NCBI GenBank assembly: GCA_964518565.1
Contig: CAZFGX010000001.1
Coordinates: forward strand, 267,046 to 331,045
DNA: 64,000 bases
Source of the DNA: an uncultured Gammaproteobacteria bacterium
Lineage (GTDB): Bacteria > Patescibacteriota > Microgenomatia > CAZETR01 > Amesbacteraceae
Direction of reading: 5' to 3'
The notes under the pieces are model-generated. The model made no database searches, was not told the DNA's origin, and saw only the letters and a list, made by a program, of their open reading frames with translations. Shown one piece after another: positions 42,539 through 51,106 of this stretch. The stretch's first letter is position 1, and each line of letters begins with the position of its first letter. The position numbers and the translations under genes are program-made.

Positions 42539-43829
42539 ATCATATTTATTTATTGTCCTGGTGTTGATTGTTGTAATCTTGTATCCAAAATTTCCCTTAC
42601 TCGCAGTAAGTGGCAGCTTTGTTGCTATTAGATTAGAAGATATTTTAATCGCGTTAATAAGTATTTTTTGGTTAGTGGGGTCGAGAAAAAAAATAGCAGA
42701 AATCAAAAATCTACCCTTACACAGAACAATAATTTTATTTCTTATGATTGGTGCAATAGCTACCTTTGGGGGGATATTTCTTTCAAAAACCGTCGTACTT
42801 AGTCAAGGAATTCTCCATTGGACAAGAAGAATCGAGTATTTGATTGGCTTTTTTATTGCGTATGACGTGCTTAAAAATCAATCTCAACTTGTCATGTTAA
42901 TAAAAACTCTACTAGTTTCAAGTTTTTTTGTTTCAATTTATGGAATTGGTCAAAAATTTTTTAACTTTCCGTTAATATCCACAACAAACAGCGAATTTGC
43001 TAAAGGACTGGCGTTAACACTCGGTCCTGGTGCGCGTATAAACTCTACATTTGCAGGACACTACGATCTTGCTGCCTTTGCAATTATCCCAATAATAATT
43101 TCAGTGGGGCTGTTGACACTAAAGATAAAAAATAAATGGCTTTTAATAATAAATATGGCAATGATTTATTGGACCATGCTATTGTCAGCCTCACGAATTA
43201 CATTCGCTTCATTATTTGTATCTGTAGGAATATTATTGTTCTTAACAAAAAAATATACCTGGATGGTATGTCTGGTTGTTATTGCAATAATTAGTATTAT
43301 TGGTACTCCTCAACTTGCGGGCAGATATCGGGAATTAATTGTTAGTCACCTTATCTCAATAGTTCCTACTGTTTCTGCCCAAGAAGAGTCTAAAGCTGTA
43401 GACAGTGAAGTACCTGATGCATTAAAGCCTGCTGCAACTCCTGAAGACAGATCACTAAATATACGCTTAAAAGCCGAATGGCCAAAAGCTTTATTGGCAT
43501 TCAAAAAAAATCCCTTATTAGGGTCTGGATATTCTTCTGTTGGTCTGGCGGTAGATAATGACTATTTAAGAATCATGGCTGAAACTGGATTATTAGGTTT
43601 TTTTGCATTTATATTAATTCTCGTAAGAATCTATAGAAACTTTTTTGAAATAGTAAAACAGCCAAGCTCAATCTCAAGTATCTTTGTTATAAGTATTAGT
43701 TTAGGACTTTTATCCACATTAATTACTGGATTATTTATTGATATATTCGAAGCATCTAAAATTGCGATTATTATATGGATATGTCTGGGATTATCCGAAA
43801 AAGTAAAAACATGGGAATTAAAAAAATAG
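42525..43829 (+). CDS. O-antigen ligase/Wzy-like (Wzy_C) membrane protein
   Basis: RINSTFAG, SASR, R....W...L..F..NPLLGSG, DNDYLRIMAETGLLG. Confidence 0.82.
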   Translation: MLKNKSYLFIVLVLIVVILYPKFPLLAVSGSFVAIRLEDILIALISIFWLVGSRKKIAEIKNLPLHRTIILFLMIGAIATFGGIFLSKTVVLSQGILHWTRRIEYLIGFFIAYDVLKNQSQLVMLIKTLLVSSFFVSIYGIGQKFFNFPLISTTNSEFAKGLALTLGPGARINSTFAGHYDLAAFAIIPIIISVGLLTLKIKNKWLLIINMAMIYWTMLLSASRITFASLFVSVGILLFLTKKYTWMVCLVVIAIISIIGTPQLAGRYRELIVSHLISIVPTVSAQEESKAVDSEVPDALKPAATPEDRSLNIRLKAEWPKALLAFKKNPLLGSGYSSVGLAVDNDYLRIMAETGLLGFFAFILILVRIYRNFFEIVKQPSSISSIFVISISLGLLSTLITGLFIDIFEASKIAIIIWICLGLSEKVKTWELKK

Positions 43830-45259
43830 TCAAAATTATTTTGTTGGTGGTAATACTAATTTTGGGATTTACTTTACGTTTATATAAAGTTTCAAATCCC
43901 ATTGCCGATTGGCATTCCTGGCGTCAAGCTGACACCTCAGCAGTGACAAGAAATTTCGAAAAATATGGGATTAATCTACTGTATCCCAAATTTGATGATT
44001 TTTCAGATGTATCTGGTAGCGGTAGATTCAACCCTAATGGATACAGATTTGTTGAATTTCCATTGTTTAATTTGCTTCATCTTTTAATACATCAAATACT
44101 TCCTGGTGAAAATATTGAGTTTTCGGGACGAATCACATCCAACCTTGCGGCTACTACATCAGGATTACTTTTATTTTTCTTAATGAGAAGAAAGTCTAAT
44201 TACACTGTAGGAATTCTCTCAGCATTTTTATATCTTACAATTCCATATAATATATATTTCACCCGCGTAATTCTTCCTGATCCGTTGATGGTCACCTTGT
44301 TTTTGCTGACCTTAAATATATATGACATTTTTTTACAAAAAAAGCACAGAAGATATTTGTGGTTAACTGGAATAGTTGGAGCTTGTGCCGTACTAGTTAA
44401 ACCAGTTGCTCTATTTTTTCTTCTACCGATCACAGTAATGCAGTACAAAAAACTTGGTAAAAAAATTTTCAGCTCGAGTGAGTTTTATATATTTTATACA
44501 ATACTACTTCTACCTTTTAGTATTTGGAGATTGTGGTCATATTTCCATCCAGAAGGCGTACCAGCTAGTAAATGGTTGCTCAATGGAAACGGGATAAGAT
44601 TTAAACCATCATTCTTTCAATGGATTTTTGGCGTGAGAATTGGCACCTTAATTTTGGGCAAATGGGGTGTGTGGCCATTTCTTGTTGGTGTCACAGAAAG
44701 TTCTGGATACATACTGGCCATGCTTACAGGCTCCTTATTGTACCTTATAGTTTTTGCGACAGGTAATGTTCAACATGATTATTATCAGTTACCAATTATT
44801 CCATCTATTGCGGCAGCAATGGCTTTTGGAATCTGGAAGGTGTGGCATAGTCAAAAAATTTTTTGGAGAAAGTTATTGTCTAGAACAATTTTAATTTTTT
44901 CTATCGGCTGTATGTTGGGATTTGGATGGTACGATATTCGTGGCATGTACCAAATCAATAATTGGTCGATAGTAAAAGCAGGACAGGAGCTAGATAGAAT
45001 TGCTCCCAAAGATGCCATTGTGATTGCTCCCTACCAAGGCGATACTGCATTTTTATACCAAACAAATAGGGCAGGATTTGCATATTTATATAAACCTATT
45101 AAAGACATGATTGATAGATTTCATGCATCATATTACATCTCAGTAAATTATGATGATGATACAAATGAATTAATGAAAAAATACACAATCGTAGAAAAAA
45201 ACCCTGAGTTTGTTATTTTAAAGTTAGAAGAACAAATAAAGCTCCTTCCTCCACAATGA
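43811..45259 (+). CDS. GT-C glycosyltransferase, ArnT/PMT-like
   Basis: LRLY....DWHSWRQADT, EFPLF, LPD, VKP, HDYY; start moved to ATG 43811. Confidence 0.82.
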   Translation: MGIKKIVKIILLVVILILGFTLRLYKVSNPIADWHSWRQADTSAVTRNFEKYGINLLYPKFDDFSDVSGSGRFNPNGYRFVEFPLFNLLHLLIHQILPGENIEFSGRITSNLAATTSGLLLFFLMRRKSNYTVGILSAFLYLTIPYNIYFTRVILPDPLMVTLFLLTLNIYDIFLQKKHRRYLWLTGIVGACAVLVKPVALFFLLPITVMQYKKLGKKIFSSSEFYIFYTILLLPFSIWRLWSYFHPEGVPASKWLLNGNGIRFKPSFFQWIFGVRIGTLILGKWGVWPFLVGVTESSGYILAMLTGSLLYLIVFATGNVQHDYYQLPIIPSIAAAMAFGIWKVWHSQKIFWRKLLSRTILIFSIGCMLGFGWYDIRGMYQINNWSIVKAGQELDRIAPKDAIVIAPYQGDTAFLYQTNRAGFAYLYKPIKDMIDRFHASYYISVNYDDDTNELMKKYTIVEKNPEFVILKLEEQIKLLPPQ

Positions 45260-46452
45260 AAATATTAATGCTAACGCCATATTTGCCTTACCCATTATTG
45301 TCTGGTGGACAAATACGTACATATAATTTACTAAAAAATTTAAGCAAACAGCATCAAATAACCCTTTTCTCGCTAATTAAAGATGAAAAAGAAAAAGCCT
45401 ATCTAAGTGAGTTAAAAAAATTTTGTACAAATATCCAGGTTTTTAAGCGAACAAACTCCCCATGGCATCCCAAAAATATTCTTAGAGCCGGTTTTACTCT
45501 TTACCCATTTTTGGTTACTAGAAATTTAGTAGACGGGACGAAAAAAGCTGTCGAACAAGAGATCGCCAACAATCATTACGACTTAATTCACGCCGAAACT
45601 TTTTATATGATGCCAAATATTCCAAAGACTGAAATACCTGTAATATTGGTCGAACAGACGATTGAATATCTTGGTTATCAAAGTTATGCCTCCAAAAGCA
45701 AACTTTGGCCGATAAGACCGTTGTTGTTGCTCGATATTTTAAAAATAAAATACTGGGAAAAGTATTACTGGCAATCGTGTAATCATTTAATTACCATGAG
45801 CGAAGACGACATGGAATTTATTAAATCAATTGCTCCATCTGTTAAAAATATTGATGTTGTAGCTAATGGAGTGGATACGTCGTGGTTTAATCAAGTTCAA
45901 AAAAAACTTCCAGAAAATCCTACAATTCTTTCAGTGGGAACATTTAAGTGGTTACCAAATTTAGAAGCCGTTGAATTCTTAGTTGAAAAAGTGTGGCCGC
46001 TTGTAAAGAAAAGCTTGCCTAAGGCAAAACTTTGGATCGTGGGTAACGCCCCTACGGCAAAAATTTATGGGTACGAAAAAAAAGATTCATCAATTAAAGT
46101 CACAGGAGGAATACCTGATATTAGAGACGCATATGCAAGCGCACATATCTTGCTTGCACCTGTATTTAGTGGAAAAGGTACCAGATATAAAATACTAGAA
46201 GCATTTGCTACTGGTACACCAGCTGTCGCTACAACAATTGCCGTGGAAGGATTGGGAATAACACCTGGCAAGCATGCTATCGTTGCAAATACTGCAAAAG
46301 ATATGGCGGAATCCGTAGTAAATTTACTAGCAAATAAAAAACAGCAAACTGAATTAGCAAAACAGGGAAAGGAATTTGTTGCTAAAAACTATGATTGGCA
46401 AAATATTTCAGAAAAATTGAACAAAATTTATCTGACAGTTGGCAAAAAATGA
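45256..46452 (+). CDS. GT4 glycosyltransferase
   Basis: PYPLLSGGQIR, PN, GKGTRYKILEA. Confidence 0.9.
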   Translation: MKILMLTPYLPYPLLSGGQIRTYNLLKNLSKQHQITLFSLIKDEKEKAYLSELKKFCTNIQVFKRTNSPWHPKNILRAGFTLYPFLVTRNLVDGTKKAVEQEIANNHYDLIHAETFYMMPNIPKTEIPVILVEQTIEYLGYQSYASKSKLWPIRPLLLLDILKIKYWEKYYWQSCNHLITMSEDDMEFIKSIAPSVKNIDVVANGVDTSWFNQVQKKLPENPTILSVGTFKWLPNLEAVEFLVEKVWPLVKKSLPKAKLWIVGNAPTAKIYGYEKKDSSIKVTGGIPDIRDAYASAHILLAPVFSGKGTRYKILEAFATGTPAVATTIAVEGLGITPGKHAIVANTAKDMAESVVNLLANKKQQTELAKQGKEFVAKNYDWQNISEKLNKIYLTVGKK

Positions 46453-47282
46453 CCAAAATTTTATCGATAGTAATATTAAGTTTTAACGGAAAAAAAATCT
46501 TATTCGACTGTTTAAGATCTATCCCCAAAAGCCCCAAATGGCAAATATTCGTAGCAGACAACGGTTCAAATGACGGAACATTAGAAATGATCCGTACAAA
46601 TTTTCCAGAAATTATTTTAATAGAAAATAAAAGTAATATCGGATTTGCAGCGGGAAACAACATTGTCTTAAAAAAAATAGAAACCGAATTCGTGCTTTTA
46701 TTAAATCCAGACACAATTGTCTATCCGAACAGTATTGAAACAGTTTTAAAATATATGCAAGAGAATCCTTTAGTTGGTGCCGCTACATGTAGAGTGGAAT
46801 TACCTAGTGGCGAATTAGATTATTCTTGCCATAGGGGATTCCCAGATCCAATAAATTCGTTGCTTCATTTTGTTGGCCTCAAAAAATTCTCGTCATATAC
46901 TGCTCAAAATATCCCTAGTACTGTTCATGAAATCGACTCACTAACTGGTGCGTTCGCCTTAATTAGAACTTCAGTTGGCAAACAGGTAAATTGGCTAGAT
47001 GAAGAATATTTTTGGAACGGCGAAGACATAGATTTTTGTTACAAAGTTAAAGAAAAAGGCTGGAAAATAATGTATTTACCTGATGTCAAAATCACTCACT
47101 TGAAGGGGTATGCGTCAAAAGCCAGTAAAGATAGACGGCTCGCGTGGGCAAAAAATTCTACTGAGGTTATGCGACTTTTTTATAAAAAGCATTTAGCGAA
47201 AAAATACCCAATTATTGTTAACATTGCTGTATATATTGGTATTTATGCGCTAAAAATAATTAGAACTGCGAAAAATATATGA
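46449..47282 (+). CDS. GT2 glycosyltransferase (WbbL-like)
   Basis: DNGSNDGT, GFAAGNN, LLNPD, GEDIDFC; ATGA overlap supports start 46449. Confidence 0.9.
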   Translation: MTKILSIVILSFNGKKILFDCLRSIPKSPKWQIFVADNGSNDGTLEMIRTNFPEIILIENKSNIGFAAGNNIVLKKIETEFVLLLNPDTIVYPNSIETVLKYMQENPLVGAATCRVELPSGELDYSCHRGFPDPINSLLHFVGLKKFSSYTAQNIPSTVHEIDSLTGAFALIRTSVGKQVNWLDEEYFWNGEDIDFCYKVKEKGWKIMYLPDVKITHLKGYASKASKDRRLAWAKNSTEVMRLFYKKHLAKKYPIIVNIAVYIGIYALKIIRTAKNI

Positions 47283-47812
47283 AAACAATTTGTATAGATG
47301 CTAGATTCTTTGGAGTAAAACACACAGGAATAGGTCGCTATGTAGAAGAATTAATCAAAAACCTACCTACTTCAGAATCTATGCAAGTAGTTTTAATAAT
47401 AAATGAGTCAGATAAAAATAATCCAATACTAAAAAAATTTAAAGTTCATTTTGCTAATAGACACCCATACTCAGTTGCATCCCAAATAGAAATGACACGA
47501 TTGTTGTACAAGATTCACCCCGATTTGTTACATGTACCTCATTTTACAATTCCAATCCTATGGTTCGGAAAAACTATTGTTACAATTCATGATTTGATTA
47601 AACACATCTCAGTTGGAACATCAACGACTACATTAAATCCAATTGTATATATACTGAAACTTTTTGGATATCGATTTATTGTTTGGCTATCAATTAGCCG
47701 CGCTTATAAAATTATTACACCAACACTTTACTGGAAAAAAGAACTACAAAACTACTACCAAATAAACGAAAAAAAAATAGTTGTTACATATGAAGGAGTG
47801 ACCCAGTTATGA
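47279..47812 (+). CDS. GT4 N-terminal (acceptor-binding) domain only
   Basis: IDAR..TGIGRY, LHVPHF, VTIHDL; ends at VTYEGVTQL. Confidence 0.85.
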   Translation: MKTICIDARFFGVKHTGIGRYVEELIKNLPTSESMQVVLIINESDKNNPILKKFKVHFANRHPYSVASQIEMTRLLYKIHPDLLHVPHFTIPILWFGKTIVTIHDLIKHISVGTSTTTLNPIVYILKLFGYRFIVWLSISRAYKIITPTLYWKKELQNYYQINEKKIVVTYEGVTQL

Positions 47813-48312
47813 CATCATTTCTTGTTTACACTGGAAATTTGTATCCTCATAAAAATGTTAATATCGCAATTGAGGCGGCTGAAAAGTTAGAAATTCCAAT
47901 TAAAATTATTTGTGCAAGATCCATTTTCCAAAATCGTTTAAAAAAATCAAAGTATGTAGAATTTTTAAATAACGTCTCCGATTCTCAAATAAAAACTTTA
48001 TACCAAAAAGCTATTGCGTTTATATTTCCTTCTCGTATTGAAGGCTTTGGACTCCCGGGCTTGGAAGCTATGTCCGTAGGCTTGCCTGTGATTGCAGCAA
48101 ATAGCTCATGTTTACCAGAAGTTTACGGCCAATCAGCATTATTTTTCGATCCAGACGATGTACAAGATTTAATAAAAAAAATTTCGTTGATTATGAATGA
48201 TAGTAGTCTGCGCAAAGACATGATTGAAAAAGGGTATAGACAAGCAAAAAAATACTCGTGGGCTAAAATGGCACAACAAACATGGGAAATATACCAAAAC
48301 GCATTGCAATAA
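47809..48312 (+). CDS. GT4 C-terminal (donor-binding) domain only
   Basis: YTGNLYPHKN, PSRIEGFGLPGLEAM, CLPEVYG, YSW. Confidence 0.85.
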   Translation: MTSFLVYTGNLYPHKNVNIAIEAAEKLEIPIKIICARSIFQNRLKKSKYVEFLNNVSDSQIKTLYQKAIAFIFPSRIEGFGLPGLEAMSVGLPVIAANSSCLPEVYGQSALFFDPDDVQDLIKKISLIMNDSSLRKDMIEKGYRQAKKYSWAKMAQQTWEIYQNALQ

Positions 48313-49391
48313 TTTATGATCGTGTAAATAAATGGGGAGGAGCGGAACAAGTGTTGTTGGCCTTGCAAGAATTATTCCCTACCGCTGAACTTTTTACATC
48401 TGTTTATGATGCAAAATCAGCTTCCTGGTCAAAAGTATTTTCAAAAATTCATACATCCTTTTTACAGAAAATACCCTTTTTAATACACCATCACGAGTTG
48501 TTTCCTTGGTTAATGCCACTTGCGTTTGAGTCGCATGATTTAAAGAATTTTGATGTAATTATTTCCGTAACATCAGCCGAATGTAAAGGCGTACAAACAC
48601 TGCCTGGACAGCTACATTTGTGTTACTGTCTAACCCCTACGAGATATTTGTGGAGCCATGAAAAATTTTATATGAATACTCAATCTATGTTTAAAAAATT
48701 TTTATCAATTCCTTTACTACGTTATTTAAAAAAATGGGAACAGGTAAGTAAATATCGGCCAGATACATACATTGCAATTTCTAATGTGGTGAAACAAAGA
48801 ATTGCAACATATTACAACCAGGATGCAGAAATAGTCTATCCGCCTGTGGAAACAAAAAGAAAATTCACCGCTCAAAAAGGCGAATATTTTGTATGGATTG
48901 GCCGACTGGTTGCTTATAAACATCCAGAAAAAGTCATAAAGCTATTTAACAAGATAAACCTACCATTAGTAATTGTTGGTGATGGGTCAGAAAAAAGGAA
49001 ACTGCAAAAAATAGCTAAAAAAAACATCCAATTTGTAGGATTTGTAGATGATAAAACACTTAGACAAACCTTAGTAAATTCGCTAGCCTTTATTTCTATG
49101 CACGAAGAAGATTTTGGAATTTCGTATGTAGAAGCACAGGCTGCAGGTAAACCTATATTAGGTCTAAAAGTAGGTGCAGTAGCTGAAATTATTATTTCAA
49201 ATAAAACCGGAACATTATTTAAAACAGAAGAAGAACTGAAAGATGGAATTTTAAATTTTAGACCTGAGAAATTCTCCAGCAGTGAGTGTATCAAGAATGC
49301 CCAAAGGTTTTCCAAGGAGCGTTTTTTAAAAAATTTTGCTAAAGTATATACAAAAGCATGGAAAAAATATCGAACCACGTATATGTATTAA
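48282..49391 (+). CDS. GT4 glycosyltransferase (WbaZ-like mannosyltransferase)
   Basis: GGAEQVL, YCLTPTRYLW, YPPV, RLVAYK, EEDFGISYVEAQAAG. Confidence 0.9.
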   Translation: MGNIPKRIAIIYDRVNKWGGAEQVLLALQELFPTAELFTSVYDAKSASWSKVFSKIHTSFLQKIPFLIHHHELFPWLMPLAFESHDLKNFDVIISVTSAECKGVQTLPGQLHLCYCLTPTRYLWSHEKFYMNTQSMFKKFLSIPLLRYLKKWEQVSKYRPDTYIAISNVVKQRIATYYNQDAEIVYPPVETKRKFTAQKGEYFVWIGRLVAYKHPEKVIKLFNKINLPLVIVGDGSEKRKLQKIAKKNIQFVGFVDDKTLRQTLVNSLAFISMHEEDFGISYVEAQAAGKPILGLKVGAVAEIIISNKTGTLFKTEEELKDGILNFRPEKFSSSECIKNAQRFSKERFLKNFAKVYTKAWKKYRTTYMY

Positions 49392-50455
49392 TACTCGCGG
49401 GGGGAGGCGGAACCCGTCTTTGGCCAAAATCCCGAGATGCAAACCCCAAACAATTTCTTAAGCTTTTTGAAGGCAAGTCGTTGTTTGAATTAACACTTGA
49501 GCGAGCCCTAAAACTAACTGAAGCCAAAAATATATTTATTAGCACGAATGAAAAATATAGAGCTGAAGTAAAAAAACAATGTGGTCAGATACCTCTGGAA
49601 AATATAATCGCAGAACCTATACGACGAGACACGGCTCTTGCCCACGGAGTTGGTGCAGCATATATCTATCGTAAAGATCCTGAGGCAATTATCTGTAACT
49701 TCGCTTCAGACCATATAATTTCTCCTCTGTCTGTTTTTGTGAAACAATTTAACAAAGTCATAAAGCTGGCAGGCGAAAGAAATGAGGTTGTTACCGTCGG
49801 TATTCCACCAAAATTTCCTCACACGGGAATGGGGCATATCCGAGCACGTAAACCCGTAAATTCTGACGATGAGGAAGTATTGTGGGGTGAGAAATTTGTA
49901 GAAAAGCCTCCTCTTGAAATTGCAGAAAAATATACAGAAAGTGGGGAATACTATTGGAATGCTAATTTGTATACTTACAAAGCTAAATTATTCCTAGATT
50001 TATTGAAAATTCATGCACCTAAGACATATGTCCTACTACCAAAATTAATCGAGGCAATCGGCACAGAAAAGGAAAACGAAATACTGCAACAAACATTTCA
50101 GATGGCTCCTTCAATCTCCATCGACTATGCTGTTGCTGAAAATCTAAAAAGATTCGTATGTATACCTGCCAAATTTGATTGGTCAGATGTTGGCGATTGG
50201 TCTGAAATGTGGAAACAGCTTTCAAAAGACGCACAGGGCAACGTCGTTTTGGGAACAAAATCGAAATATATAAATTTTGAATCTGAAAACAATATGATTA
50301 TTTTAGATAAAAAACTCATTGCAACGAGTAACATAAAAAACATGATTATCATTGATACACCAGATGCATTATTGATTTGTTCTAAAAAAGATTCACAATC
50401 GGTTAAAAAAATTGTAGAACTTCTGAAAGAAAAAGAAATGAAAAACTTTTTATAA
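49358..50455 (+). CDS. manC: Mannose-1-phosphate guanylyltransferase (no C-terminal cupin)
   Basis: LAGGGGTRLWPKSR..PKQF, EP..RDTA, FVEKP, SIDYAV, WSDVGDW, DTPDALL. Confidence 0.92.
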   Translation: MEKISNHVYVLILAGGGGTRLWPKSRDANPKQFLKLFEGKSLFELTLERALKLTEAKNIFISTNEKYRAEVKKQCGQIPLENIIAEPIRRDTALAHGVGAAYIYRKDPEAIICNFASDHIISPLSVFVKQFNKVIKLAGERNEVVTVGIPPKFPHTGMGHIRARKPVNSDDEEVLWGEKFVEKPPLEIAEKYTESGEYYWNANLYTYKAKLFLDLLKIHAPKTYVLLPKLIEAIGTEKENEILQQTFQMAPSISIDYAVAENLKRFVCIPAKFDWSDVGDWSEMWKQLSKDAQGNVVLGTKSKYINFESENNMIILDKKLIATSNIKNMIIIDTPDALLICSKKDSQSVKKIVELLKEKEMKNFL

Positions 50456-50461
50456 TTGTGC

Positions 50462-51106
50462 ATGAACTACGAAATCCTCAAACGAATCATTGATATAGGT
50501 TTAGGAACATGTTTTATTATTTTCTTTCTTCCGATATGTATCATGGTCGCTATCGCAATAAAACTAGAATCACCGAACGGCCCGGTATTTGCAGATACGC
50601 CGCCGCGCGTAGGTAAAAACGGTAAATTGTTTTACACATATAAATTTAGATCGATGATTCCCAATGCTTATGAACTTCTTAAAACTGATCCAAGATTTAA
50701 AAAAGCCTATGAAGAACAGCAAAAAGGTGGAAACTATAAAATCATGCACGACCCAAGAGTGACAAAAGTAGGCAGATTTATTCGAAAGTATTCACTTGAT
50801 GAGGTGCCCCAATTTATAAATATTGTAAAAGGCGAAATGAGTCTTGTTGGCCCTAGGCCTTATTACGCTGAAGAATTAGAGAAACAGCAACAAAACTATC
50901 CAGATACAAAAGAATTGGTCAAAGAGACATTATCTATTAGACCTGGACTAACAGGAATTTGGCAAGTTTCTGGTCGAAGTAATGTAAATTTTGAGAAAAG
51001 AATCCAGCTTGATGCTCAATATGCTCGTACATTGTCATTGTGGTATGATTTAATTATTCTGGCAAAAACCCCGTTCGCCATGATCTCCGCCAAAGGTGCA
51101 GTATGA
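50462..51106 (+). CDS. Initiating phosphoglycosyl transferase (small WcaJ/PglC-type sugar transferase)
   Basis: KRIIDI, YKFRSM, DPRVTKVGRFIRKYSLDEVPQ, MSLVGPRP, PGLTGIWQVSGR. Confidence 0.93.
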   Translation: MNYEILKRIIDIGLGTCFIIFFLPICIMVAIAIKLESPNGPVFADTPPRVGKNGKLFYTYKFRSMIPNAYELLKTDPRFKKAYEEQQKGGNYKIMHDPRVTKVGRFIRKYSLDEVPQFINIVKGEMSLVGPRPYYAEELEKQQQNYPDTKELVKETLSIRPGLTGIWQVSGRSNVNFEKRIQLDAQYARTLSLWYDLIILAKTPFAMISAKGAV

